Shown here: positions 33,901 through 47,700 of the stretch, piece by piece | How positions within the stretch are numbered: the first letter of the stretch is position 1 | Layout: every line of letters starts with the position of its first letter | Notes under the pieces: generated by a model | What the model saw: the letters and a program-made list of their open reading frames with translations, nothing else | The model's database searches: none | What the model was told of the DNA's origin: nothing | Source of the DNA: Phallusia mammillata | Lineage: Eukaryota | Assembly: GCA_965637545.1 (NCBI GenBank) | Contig: OZ281497.1 | Span: forward strand, 14,260,001 to 14,324,000 | Direction of reading: 5' to 3' | DNA: 64,000 bases | Made by a program: the position numbers and the translations under genes

Positions 33901-36900
33901 CGTTTTTATGTTTATTAGCGTTTGTAATTGAATACCTGAACATCTGGGTTAGTCCATTTGATTACAAAAATACCTATATGTCATTTAGATATGGCCCAAA
34001 CAAAACAAGTGAGTTGTGACAAAAGCATATGTTTGAGGCTCAATATGTTTCCACCAGGCGATGGCGCCATTGCTTTAAACTGCGTAAAATCCCTCTGAAT
34101 TCGGCAAAAACTCAACCGAATGGTATTGATCTGTATATGCGGACATAAAATTTGGAATTCGTAGTCGGGAACGCGCAGGGTTCGAATCCCGTTAAAAAAT
34201 CTATTATAATTGGTTCGTGCATTATGTTAAATTGAACGAGACCCTTCTTTCTACAAGCTTTTTTGTGTTTTCCTCCTGTCAAAACATCAGTGGATTTATA
34301 GGATCTTCTCCAAATGTATTAGGATTTGTATAAGAACAATGCAATTTTAGAACAACAATTTTTTACATGATGTTTTTGAACTGTTCCTCGTTGGCCATGC
34401 GGAAGGGTCGTTTGTAACAACGCTCGTGTCCTCTTTACTTCCCCAAATAATGAACGGAAGTTATAGCGGGAAGTTTGCACTGGCTAAATTTCTACCTCAC
34501 TACCCTTTCCCGCTCTTTCGCTCTTTTCCTGTAACTGTAATCAAGTTACTTGTCAAACCCTCCCCTCTTGCGATGTTTCGTTTACTTATTTCCACTGTAC
34601 GTTCGGCTCCAACAAACATTCAATTTTCGAGCCAATCCAATACATTGAACAAAACAAGCTAATATTCAATTACATCGATATTTGGCCGAGCAATTTAAAG
34701 AAGACACTGATGCTGTTTTATTTTGAGTACCACCAATCAACGAAGGTAAACGCACCTTCTTATGATATTTGACATTGCAAACATTGTATGTGGATCTGTG
34801 GCAAAGAAAAACACTGTGTGCATTTTGTCTTTCCCGGACAACCGAAATCAAAACGATTACCTCAGTGTAGGCCATCCTGTTATCATTTACGTGCATTAGA
34901 TCAGATTCTGTCTACACCCGAAAGGCTTTGACAGGTACGTTTCCTTTGTAATTCTACACCTGTTGCCAGTATAGCAGTGGACATACATATTTTCACAATG
35001 GATAAAGTGGTTTGTCGACATTTTATTACAAGATCGTCTGTTGTTCACTGACACGGCGACAGTCCACAGTTCAGGTCTTACCGGCATTAAGCAGCGACGT
35101 ATATTGGTCATCGTTATGCAAGCAGGCCTGAACGTAATATTCGTTTAATTATTCATTCTTGTCAAACACAGCGAGCTTGGAAGCTTGGTTTTGCACGGCG
35201 CAGAGCTGCAATCAATATATATATCGACGTGTATTGCTAACTCAGCAAGTCCGGTATACGTACGCTGCTATTAGCAGCCCTAATGCTTTTTGTGGAGTTG
35301 TATTCAGTCAATTGGTAGCAGGTAACTGGCAATGCCCAGAGGCAAAGCGCAACGTTGCTTCGACTTCCACCTGGTGCAGTAACAGTCGGTCGTGTTATGC
35401 TCGCTGTTTGCAGGCTCTAAACGCAGGACGTTGCGGAAGCTTGCTGATGCGTTTCATTTGTTCCGCGAAAATTGTCGCTTGACATGTTGCACAAATCGAC
35501 AACGGCAGTCGTAATATTAGCCTGGAACTTATTTGTAAACAACGTAGTCAGGCTCTGCGGCTTTCTTAAGCTTATAGGCAATTGTGTAAATATTTACACC
35601 GATATCGACCGTTTTCGGTACCCTTTTGAGCGGATCTAGGGTGGTATTTCTATCTTGGGTAACATCACTATAGTAAATATACCATTAGCTGAATTGGTAC
35701 AGACGTGTGAAATATCAGGGCCGATGATCATTCATTCTGCTCATAGTTCTTATTAGACCTTTAAAGCAAGTTGTTGTGAAGCAATCGTAAGATATTTAGT
35801 GTACTAGCCTATAGGCTATTTAAGTAAGGCAGTAGCGCCTTAGGTTCAGGCAGGTGAAGCGTTTACGTTTACGACTTGACGATAATGGCACAGACTATTG
35901 GAATGCGCCAGCAATGTCAATACAAATTCCAAATAAAGTGCTCGAATTTTTTTTGTTGGGGCTCGATTTCATCGGATTAATGTATAATTCATCTTTAGTA
36001 TCGATTTTAAGCGTAGGTTGTTTCAGACTCCACGAGCTTTGACTTCAGATGACTCTCCAGGAAAGTTTAATGTTGCATGTCCCTCGTCAGGATGTAAGCC
36101 TTATACATGTCCGCTATAGAAACTCAACTTTGCTTAGAACATACCATACACCCAATGACGTGTAATCGCGTGCATATCCATTGCATTGTAATGGAAGAAA
36201 TTTAATAACGCTCTTAACCTTTTTGCGTTTGGCAGAGTGGACCGCAGATGCTGACGAACATCATGCATCATTCGGACCAAATGGGTTGTTGCAAGACGAG
36301 ACCGTAAATTTTTAATGAATCGAAGATTAATTAAACAAATAGATCGCGCTGCTGTGCCTACCTGTATTGGTAAGAAGCACTAAACGCAGCAGCTAAAAGC
36401 AGATGCGGTTTCAGACAAGTGGGGTTAGGCGCTTTGACCAGACATAGGAAGCCGTATAAAATGCGGTATTGGTTTTTGCTGTTAAACAACGAATAGGCTG
36501 CATACAACCTAATGTTTTGTTAAAAATCATGTATGGGTTGAAAGTCCTATAAACTTGTCCAGTTTGTTAATTTAAGTCAATAAGTATTCAGAAAGAGTTT
36601 GTTACCTTACTGCAAAGAATGAAAAGGGGGCTTTAAACGTTGCCTGGTGTTTCAACAGAGGTCGCAATGCAGATGTCACTCTCAAGTACAAGTTAACGCG
36701 CTCTTGAGCATAAAGCAAGTCACCGATGCACAAATAAACCAACGAACCATAATGTATGTATGTTAGTGCTTGACATGTTTGATGGTATTAATTGAGGAAA
36801 CAGGTAGAATAAAGCAAAACTTCCCACAAGTGTAGTCCGAGAACTGTATGCTGCTGCCAGAGGCGTCGGTTTCGTATTGATTGATCATTGCTCGATATTA

Positions 36901-38209
36901 ATTTCTACTGACTGGTGGTTTTGTCGTGTGATGCTTTTCGCATCTTAGAAATTTACTGTTTCTTAAGTTTCATAGTAAGAGTTTCCATTTGCGTTTTTAT
37001 GTCTCAAACAAAACTCGTTTACGAATTCTAATTGCTTTTTAACCAAACCTGGTGCCTAAACCTTGCCATGGGCGGTATCATATATGAGTCAGAACACATC
37101 AATCCGTGCAACGTAAAAGGGAGTTGACGATTTTGTTGTTCGTATCGTAACATAGCGTTGAAGCGAAGAACTTTCGTCCGTTTATTGGCATTTTATCTTG
37201 TTCAACATGTTCTTTGTCATTCGCGAGGTGCAAACATACAAATCCGAAGTTTGCATAGAGGTTATTCCACACAGTTAGCGGGCCTTGTTCCACATTTACC
37301 ATATTTGCGTTACGCTCGAAATGTTCCAGTCGCACGTTTAAGTCGTCGTTAAAACCGCATGTTCAACCAAAGATTTTAAATAAAATAGTGCAGGTATAGG
37401 CCCTCTTGTTATTTTCGCAATTTTAACATATATATCGTAACCGCACAGGTGCAAAGCATCAAAATATCTTTTTTGTCGGGTACGTTTTGTTTGAAATGCT
37501 TGCATTAGAATTATTGTTCTCAAAGATCAATACTTTTTGACGTACTGTTCCTGTGAGAGGCAGGCTGTGCAATTATTCAGGGTGCGTCTAATTCTAAACC
37601 ATTTTCAACAAACGTAATACTAACGTGGTGGTCATACACCTAAACAAGTGATTTATGATAGTTGACGACGGCACTAAGCACTTCCTAACAGATAACCAAG
37701 GCAGTATGACAGCTTTTTGCACTGAAAGATGGTATTGATTTCGTCGTTGTTCGCTGATTAGATCCTTCTCGGTGGCCTGGCAAATAATCAACAGTGTGAC
37801 GCTTGAGCCCTCTGTTCCGGAGTACAATTAGATTAGAACGACGGGCGCATTGCGGTCTGCAGCACTGTTGTAAACTGACTTGTGGTGCAGATGAGGTTAT
37901 GGCAAGTGTTTCGAGTTACATACGATCTAACTTGCAAGGAGGCAACAGGGAGAATGCTTTATTGTGTAGAATTTATTTTGTGAGGTTGGGCAGTCACCAT
38001 TGGCTAGCTTTTAATTAAAATTATGTGTTGACTTTACTCTCCTCGATGCTGATTAGTGGGATAAGTGGGAAATTTGTTGGTTTTTCACTCTCATGTAAAT
38101 TACGGTTTGTTCTTTAGAGCTTAGTAAACAATAGCTTGACTTTCGATCGACCATGTCTGTGAGATCCTATACTTAAAAGAAACAAATCCCCAGCAACAAC
38201 TGTCAAAAC

Positions 38210-38739
38210 ATGTCGGCCAGCGGGAAAAAACTCAGCATACTTCATCCACTCAGCTTTACGTCAAGCAGCCGCAGAGCGAAAGTTCAGCAGCTAAGCACGA
38301 CGAGCCAAAGCAAACCCCAGAACTTTAGCGAAGCGGAACGACACAACTTGCTTTCGTCCCCGGCCTTCAGCCGCCGATTTAACAGGTTGGACACGCTGCC
38401 TGAAAGGGACTCTAGTCACAGCTCAACGGTAAATGCAGACACAAGGTTGGATGTGGCGCACGATGCAAGCGTCTATCCCAAAATGGAAATACAAGAACCG
38501 GACGACGTGCCTACGCAGCCTAGCTGTTTTGTGCCGCACCTATCGCCAAGGACTTTACGGCGTTTGGAACAGAAGCACCAGTATGCTAAGATCCAGCAGG
38601 AAAGACAACGAAGCGGTTTGATACCACAAGGCGGTACAAGTCCTGGTCCATCACCCCCGGTCTCGCCACAAACTATGCGACGGTTCATGATAAAGCGAGG
38701 TGGAGATTCAAGTCGTCGCTTCACTGTCGCTAGAACCAG
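38210..38739 (+). CDS. PDE4: PDE4 alternative first exon, PDE4D5/PDE4B3-like
   Basis: 530 nt (phase 2), donor CAG|GTGCTG. Ends [33 protein letters not shown](S), compared with PDE4D5 SPKLSPVISPRNSPRLLRRMLLSSNIPKQRRFTVAHTC as recalled. Confidence 0.9.
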
Positions 38740-41700
38740 GTGCTGCATTTTATTTTCGAAACATGTAGATAACAATACATAACTTAGGCGCTTTGTAGAC
38801 TTTTTTGAAATTATACATGTTAAGATAATATACTGAAACCTATGGGGAGCGTACAAGACCTTTTACAGAGCTCTCGGGGGTAATGGTTTTGCCGGACGTC
38901 TTTGTGTCGCTTTTCGGTTTGAACTTTACGTCGTATGATGCGTGTAAATGGAACTGTGGTGTTCAGTGTCTCGTATTTGATGCTGGAAAAACACGGAGGT
39001 ATTGCAGCACATGTTTTAAACAGCATCTACAAACAGTTTGCAATCAAGTTATTAATTATTTTGAGACTATCGAGCAAATACACCGTTTTCCATTTTGTTT
39101 TAAATTCGCTTGGCAGCGTGCTTAGGTTAAGTGACAACTCGAAACAGGTAATCATATTGCCGCCCACATCAATCTACGCCTCCATGTGTTGTCCGTAACA
39201 ACAGGTTTTTGTCGCTGCTTTTTGCGGCTGTTGCGTGCCAAATACAACCAGGCGCCGAAACTTGATTCGAGGTTTACGGGAGAATTATCCACGCTAAAAT
39301 TGGCCATGGTAAGAACATTGTACAGCTACAAACTTCGGGCGGGTCACAGTCCTTTGCATCATGTTTTTAATTTCGTCTGCCGCAGTCGAGCAGTCTTTGC
39401 CACATCCATCGCTGCTGCAATGCATCTGCTGTAAATAAAGGTCTAGCTTCTGTGGATTGGTTTTCATTAGTATAATGCACTGTATGTTGATATACTAGCG
39501 AGCTTTTCGTAGCTGCGCTTGACAGTTGGACAGAGAGTAATAGTTTGTTTAGGCACTTGGGGGGTCAGGGTTGTGTTATGCGGTCGTGCAAATGTATCAG
39601 GCAGTTAACAATGGGTCAGTTGTCAGCAGTTTTGCAAATGCTCTAAATTAGACTCCACTTTACCCGTAGTCAGTGGGAATAACAACAAGCCACTTAAAAG
39701 TCCGCCATGTTTTCTGTTTTACTTTTTGTAAAAACAAAAATCTAAAGGACTAATATAGATGTACGGAAAATAGTAGGTAAGTCAACAGTTAGGTGAAAGC
39801 TATTTGGCAGGGACAAGCTATGACGCAACAGCATTCATGAGTCAGTTGAACTGGTATGTTAATAGTGGGCGAGTTTTGTCACAGCGAATATGTATAAGTT
39901 TACTAGCCGCTTTTCTATTCTATACATGCAGACTGCAGGAATTTGTAGTTCCAAGACAACTGCTTGTAAAGGTCTCCATGGTGTGGTGCTTACAACATGT
40001 GTCCATCGTCACTGTTTTATGTTGTTTCTACTTTCTAGCAATCGTAAATAGCTGGGTCTCCTTTGCCATATTCATTTTTTTATTGGCGCCGAAAAAAGCA
40101 GACGACTAGAATACTTTTTATTGCTATGTGACAAAATTGCAGTTTTCTTGGCAAGTATCCTCTCTGAGTGGGGTCACTTACACCGAGTCGTCACGCCTCG
40201 ACTGACATCAATACCATCATCAAACCTTCGCTTGGTGTTTAAATTCGCTCTTTGGAGCGCAGCTCTGGTCTTGTTCAGCGACGCTATAAATATTTCATGG
40301 CTCGGTGTAAAAGCCAGCTGTACACGAATGTTCATTTGCAACAGATATTAGATCTGGTCGCTTTGTCCAAATCTTTATCTTTGTCAGTGCGCGTTACCGA
40401 ATTGTCCAGTTGACGATCTATTTTGGGCCTCGTGCCGCGGGTAGATGATTGAGTACTTGACCACAATAAAAGCTGGAATTCCCTCCCTTACCACCAACAG
40501 TTTTATTACCATCAGTTCGTGACAACATGTCAGTGCTGAGTCTCTCTGGGGCAGTCACTCTTTCTTGGTACTGCTACCAGCAGTAAATATTTCTGTTTTT
40601 TTTTTGTTTACGTGGTATGACAGACCCCTTATGTTTTGGTTCCGACTGACTAAACCAGTTGAAATTTCGTTAAGTAAATGAATCAGGTATCAGGTATCGC
40701 CGGCGGACCTAAATAGGGCTGTGGCAGAGTTCCTCAGCATTGTTCGCTCCTAACAATATCAAACCCACTCAGCCCTTAAAATGTCCAAATGGCCTCCTTT
40801 GTCGTGGCATGGATCGGATTACAGCACGCGATTATTTCACTGCATCAGTATGAATTCTGTGAGTAGATTTTCCATGTTAATGATGCAAACAAGGTATAGA
40901 ACTTGTAAAGATGATTATGCACTGTGAAGCCAGCATTATCAGTAAGAATTATTTTCGAGCTGAAAAGCAACGAGAATGACCGTGCTTTGCAGAGAAAATG
41001 CGAGTCCTTATCTAAGATTGTCAGGCGAATTAAACTCTATTGGTGTCGCCGCTGAAGTGAGGGAACATGCCCCGAGCGCAGTTATGCCGCTTTTTGAAAT
41101 GAAATTGTATAGCTTCGGCCAGTGCGCATACCCAAAGTTATGTTTGTGTGCAAACCCGTAACGAAAGTTTGAAGGACATCAATGCCTGGCATTTGTATCC
41201 AGTTCGTGCCTTGCTGGCTGCGGGTAGTAATGTTAACAAACAACACTATGTTGTTGTTATAATGTCTACGTGTCAGGCTGAGTGTTCTCGCTGTGTTCGT
41301 AAACGAACGTTAAATATAAAAATCATCGAATGTATGCAGGCAAAATCGGGTTGTTAAGTACTATTGCGCGACCACCGTCATAGCAGCTGTAATTGGATTT
41401 TGTGGACTCGTAGCATCACCGAAAGCCTCTAGTAGCAAAGCTAAGGGTCAGAGCATAGAAATGAAGTCACAGTTCAGAGGAAGGTGGAGATCAAGATAAG
41501 ACGGAAACAATTGATTGCTACTAGACTAAAACATGGGTTATCCAACGTTGTGTAAAAGACTTGGTCGCGTTACTTTTACGTCAATGTAAGATAGTCAGAA
41601 TTTCTGAGTAGTTCAAATCAGCGGTTATGTAACGTGCTGTTGTATGTCAGAAAAAGGACGCCTATTTCAAGGGCAGTGATTTTAAAACCGGTATGTATTG

Positions 41701-44700
41701 TGCTACTATTTCGCAACTAAAATATGGACGTTTCCACAATATGTAGGAGCTCGGACAGGAACAAGTTTAATGCAAGGGCTTGTGTCTATATGTAAAGATT
41801 CAATTGTTGTAGTCTAATCATGATTTGTAGCAAGATGACAGGCAGAGTCCAATACATATGAGCGCCTTTTTTCCAGTTCACTGACGCTGGTAACTGCAGC
41901 AGGATATGCTCAACATGGCAACGTCCGGGAGTGACGTTTTCTACCAAAACATGAGTTGCAGCCAGCTTTGAAACAGTAAAATAAAAGCATTGAAATGGAT
42001 GCAAAACGCCCAACTGCGTGCTGTCTTTTTCTTAATGAATAATAAAACGCTTGAACAAAATGAATAATGCAGCTTCATGTACCTGCGTTATGGGTGTCCA
42101 CGTGAGCCCCACCAAGCTGCTATACATAGCTATGTAGGTGTACCAAATATTTCGTGTGACTAGTTTGTCTCATTAGGTACCACGTTACTTCCATTAATCC
42201 AAAGTAATACGTGTTTTATACGTTTTGCTATCAACACGTTTTTGTACATAATCAACTTGCAGAAGCGAATACGTTGTTTGTAGTGATTTCTCATGTTGAA
42301 ATGCTAATCTTTGTCAAAATTGGAATCTTTGCCAATGTTCGAATTACATGTGAAATTAACATTTTTACGTGCAATGGGGACCCAAGCGTTTGTGCAAGCC
42401 AAAATAATTATGCTGAAAAGACATAGTATCCAACGTAATATAATCTTGCAAATATGCGCAATGTCTTTTAAAAATAGACCTAGTGTGTGTACAGTGGCAA
42501 TATGGTTTATTTATATCTCGCCTACAGTTGGTTTAACATGTGGGGTGTAATGTGCTGATAAGCGGAATTTTGTTACAACGCCTTTGCAAGATGCGAGTTG
42601 CTGCACAGTGATAAATTTTCGATTCAAAGCCTCAGTCCGCACGAACGTAGGGTTTAAAACAAAAGGCTTTTTTAAATTAGATTTTACATGTTTACATACG
42701 CCCTTATGTACCACGGTGGCGTGGTCAATTTTGCTTCGCCGCAAGTGCGTCATAAAATGACATTAAACACATGTTACTATCATATCTCCTATTCGAACAT
42801 AGCGCTAAATGTTTCGCCTGTCAGCTTCGTTTTTGCAGTGGGGACAGACACAAATTCAAAGGCGCTTGCAAGGGTAATCGATGCGATTGGTCGCAATTTG
42901 TGCACTGGCCTATTTAGCTTGCTGCCGTCGCAAGTAATGGAACGACTAATTGCCCTTTTGGTCCGTTTTCGTTCAGGGTCGCAAGTGGTTAAAGAGGCCG
43001 TGTTTAGAGAGGACAGGTTATCTGAAGCGCAGAGTGGTATGGAGATAATGACGCTTGTTATCACAGTTTAACCTCGCGGTTTAGTGCTGAGGGTTAGCTT
43101 GATCAAAGAGTGTGTGGAATAGAGCATTATTTTCCAGCGGCATGCGGAAACATGGCGACCCAATCACTGACAGATCAAGCGCGCTATTAAAAGCCAATCT
43201 CCGTGGCATTGCGCACGCAGTCTTGGCGCTTAACGGGTTGTAATCTTTTCTGTTGCGAAAATGTTTAACAATCATAAACTGTCGTGAATTCATGTGGCTG
43301 AGATATAAGTAGTCAGATAGAGCAGGTGGAACCTTTATTGCGGAACAATGATTTGTGACGAAACTGGCAGATTCATTTGTAGCAGACACCATATTGACCC
43401 TATGCTGTTGGGCTTTAATTAAGGTTACCCGATTGATGTTACTGACGTGTTATGACTAATTTGGAGCCAGCTAAAAGTCGCAAATTTGCCAACACTCTAT
43501 ATGCTGCTGTTGTTGTCTAGCTGATGTTTGTTGTATTGAAATGTTATAGGAATTTTTTAACTGAAAGTGGTTTGGATATTCAGATTTTTTGCTCTCTGAT
43601 AGTGAGCCTAACAATATATTATCTAGATAAGGAATTTTACGGTACAAAACTGGTTGCAAAGTGAATGAAACCATGCTTTAGTCCACTGGAGTTTGGTAAA
43701 TGGATGTGACAACCAAATTCAAGACCAGCATGCCAAATATTTGTACAAATCAGACAAACTGTTGCAAGATACCAACCAGTTTACCGGTAATTCCAACTAT
43801 TCGGCTTAACGACATTGATGAGCCTTTAGAACAGCACGGAAGTAGCGCAACCAAGATATGCTCTGTGCCGCAGCAGCGCAACGCTACAAAGTCTCTGCCG
43901 ACGACCCCTTCGCCTCTGGGTTGCTCGCCCGAGTTGTCAACTGTCCATCGATTTCGCCGTAATATCGCTGAACCATATCAGCCAAATGGTGAGACCAAAC
44001 GCTTTGGTTGTGGTTCGGTAGGGGACAGTGATTTTTATCCTAGTCAAAGTAGCGGAGACGACAGTGACGATGATAGAATCAACGAAGAACTTACGTATTT
44101 AAACTCAAGACATCTTGGTAATTGTGCTGATCCTCGCAGTAACCATTTATCCAAGTCTTCCCATGTACGCCTTTCGGTCACACGTCCACCTCACTTCCGA
44201 CGACACTCTTGGATATGGTATGTAATGTTTGTGCTTGGTGTAAATTTCCACTAGGAAACCATACAACAAGTCATGTTTGATGGCATTATCATTTGCCAAA
44301 ACGTTTGATTAATAAAGCATGTCATTTTTTAAGTTTATTTGGGCCGCTAGTTTTCTCATTAAAGTCATGTTTGTGTGCTAAACGTGAATTAGGATGTAAA
44401 ATATATCATAGTAAGAAAGTATTGTGCGTGTCCGTCAGAGGGCGTAACGAACCAGTGCAGTTGTAGGGGAAAGTGGGTTTCGTGCGTTTAGTTGATTTTT
44501 TTCGCAATTTGAGTTTCCAGCGTTACTCCCAGCACTCATGTTCACATCTTCTTACTATCTAGGATTTAATTTTACTCCACCACACCAGTTTCGGCAACCC
44601 CATGTGTTTTGAGGTAAGTGAAACAGACTCGCCGGCGCCAACCGCAGACGATGAAACAGTAAAATGTTATGACACAGATCTGTTCGAGCCCAAGGTTACG

Positions 44701-47700
44701 CCTTCCTGTACGTCACTACGTGACGTTACCGTGGGTCACGCATGAATCACCGCCAAGTTGTCAATTTCCCCTTGCTTCGAATTTCGACTTTGGTGGTTCC
44801 GTTTATGATTCACGATTTGTTGATTGGAATCGGATATGCTGCGAAACCTTAACAAAAGATTTTGCTATATTGTGTTGATTTATTATTTGAAAATACATTG
44901 CGGGGGATATAAACCTATGGGAACATTATATCAAATTGCCCATATGTTTTTCCTGTACAGCAGATTATGTTTTTCCCGATGTTTTTGTCACAACGAGTTC
45001 ATTTGGGTTTGTGAACTGAATTAAGCGGGACCAGTAGAGATCGCTCTTTAAGCGCTGCTTCCCTTTTTGGCTGCAAATCAAATTTATATTGGTCTTCTGT
45101 AAAAACCTTGTTACTATTGAACAAGTGCACCAGCACGTCAGTGCACTGTTGATATTGCTGTAGAGAATTACGACCGCACGTAATATAGCGAGTGAAGCGA
45201 ACCGACAAACATCAACATATGTTGTGTATGGACAAATGTTGCTGTATTTGAACTACTTGCAGAACCTCAAAGCGAATGTTTGGTTTTGTCGTAGTTTTCA
45301 TAATTTTTGTCAATTTATGAAACGAATCAGGTAAACAAAAGTGTGCGATTGACCTTGAGGTTGGTTTTAACTTTAGACATTTGTGTTCGCCCGGATTTAA
45401 TGAGGCCAAAATAACGCGTTCTGAGTTGTGGTTTTCCATCTTGACTAAATTAGACAAAGGTGGCTTGTCGTAGCCCAGTGGTTTGACGTCGCTTCCATGT
45501 GAAAACATATTGAGCGGGAGAAAATGATCGCAACCCAAATACGAAAACAAGTTTCGAGGAATGAATTGTGACTGAGCGGCGTACACGAGTTAGTCGTCTT
45601 AATGTGGATGTTTGCCATTGAGCTGAATAAACAGCATTTATCAAAGGGCACCCATCGTCAATATATTTAGACTCGGTGCGGTACTTACACTTAGCTAAAG
45701 CTATTTCTAATTATTCCTAACCGGTTAAGGCATAGTTGAGCAAATACCACGCAGATAAAAGGTTTTGGGGGACAGTTCTAGTAACGTACAACCATAATGA
45801 ACATATTCAAAGATAAGAGCAATGAACGATGTTTTGGCACAAGAGAAAAAATTCAACCCATGACGTGCAAGTTAGGCACTAATGATTGACAGGCAGGAAC
45901 TCTGTTTAAAGTCAACAGTGATTAAATCTTGCATTGGGGGTTTTATGCAGCGCGAGGTGAGAACACTGTCCTAGTGATTTTTTGGACGACAATCGTACTT
46001 TGTAACTTGTCAACGTGCGGATGGTACTGCTGTAGTCTGGTACTTTGTGTGACAGCAGTAGGAAATTGTTGACTCTTTGGCAGGTCGCCTAGACCGCCGA
46101 CGAGTTACAGGAAAGCGAACAACGAATTACACAAGGCGTGCAAGTTTTTTCGCACACCAAAGAACATAGAAAATCAAGCAGCGATGTCATAGTGTCGAAA
46201 TTTAAATATCCTACGTGACTGCATCACTCGAATGTAGATTAATCCGAACTTCGACAACAATCGAAACGCAATTGCTTTGAATCGGTTAACCATCGGTTTC
46301 TTGGTTTTCAGCATTAACTGTAATTCCCTGGACGTTTCCTAGAAACAAGTATGACGTGTTAACCCTACTGATATGCATTGAGGCGTAGCGCAGGGATATG
46401 GTTTGTTGACTAGCTGGGTTAAACGTCAACCTGTTTTCAATGATTAAAACTTTGGTGTATGACAGAAGTATCATGTTTTGCATGAAAGATTTAGATTCAG
46501 ACACAATACATGAAATGATCGCATATAAGTAAGTCAGCTTGTGTGTATATCAGTTCTTGTATCAGTTGTAATCTTTAGATAACTTGTCAAAACAAACAAT
46601 GGTTCACTGCCCAGAGTTGTATTGTACGACAAATACCATGGATAGCCCCAGAAGTTGCAAGGTGTTAAGCCTGCGCTTACAGCCTGTTATTGAAGCAGGA
46701 AGAGAAAAAGGTTTATCAAAGTGCATCGTAGATGCTTAATAGGGGGCATCGGCATTGTCTTTCCGCATGATTTACCGAAAGTTTTTCGTTTAAAAACAAA
46801 GTGCGGCCATCCGTTGAGCTACGGTCGTTTGTAAGCGCGGTCCATTTGGAACCAGTTTTATTGCAGCCAAACGCGGTGAAAAGATGTGCGAGTTGTTGCA
46901 ACTGCCTCATCTATCAGATAGTCAGCATTGTAGGTGACGGATTGTCATTAACGTAAAAATGTTTTCATGCTAGGATTCGAGAATGTAACAGACAAGAATA
47001 CAAAGTAAGTTTATAGTAAGGTAAATAAAATACCTTTACGAAATTCAGTTTTGCCCCAAATCCTTGGTTTGGTACATTTAAAACACCTGCAATACCTACA
47101 TGATATTTTTTTGGTTTTCCGCATAGAATGCATCAAGATTTTTTTCGGGTCATAAAATACTTGTAAGCGTTGGATGTTAATGCTGAACTTGTTTGCATTT
47201 TAAGGCAAGTAACCTTTGGTCGAACCTTTAAGACATTATGTGAAATGTCAGACGAGCCAGGTAATACCAAATTCTTGAAAAGTTTCAGAACTGCTTTGTA
47301 AATGTTTGAATACGCTATCTCCGTTCGCAGAGTATAGATTGGCGTCATATCATAACGCGGGCGCAAAAATTACTGTGAGCAAATTCCGCTTATCGACAAA
47401 ATATTTCGCAACAGGTCGATTGTGGGGTCAGGTGGTGAATGTGGTAACCGGCTTCGTCGATTTGTTTGGTAAATGCCGAATGACGTCAATGGCGAGCAGC
47501 GAGGCGCACTTGAATAGTAGGGTGTGAGATCACGGGGCGGTATGACAACAAAACCTGCTCTCGTATACACTGCTCTGTTTAATCATCAACAAGGGTGCTC
47601 GCGCTCTTTTGTGAGGTAAAAAACGATAAGCTAGATCGCGGCTTTTCCCTTGCTCCTACGCAAACAAATTTACACAATCGTGAAATAGTATTTAAAGAGC

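Noticed and set aside
34160-34195. GGTTCGAATCCC B-box, possible tRNA
   Set aside because: No A-box, cloverleaf or acceptor stem was found. At most it is a decayed SINE fragment.
36236-36303. Possible small internal exon (EWTADADEHHASFGPNGLLQDET)
   Set aside because: The acceptor is plausible but the donor is weak, and its phase does not connect to the PDE4 common exon without further unidentified exons.
42688-43392. Overlapping 90-127 aa ORFs on both strands upstream of the D3-like exon
   Set aside because: No recognisable domain or consistent splice path was found, and ORFs of this size are expected by chance in this more GC-balanced region.
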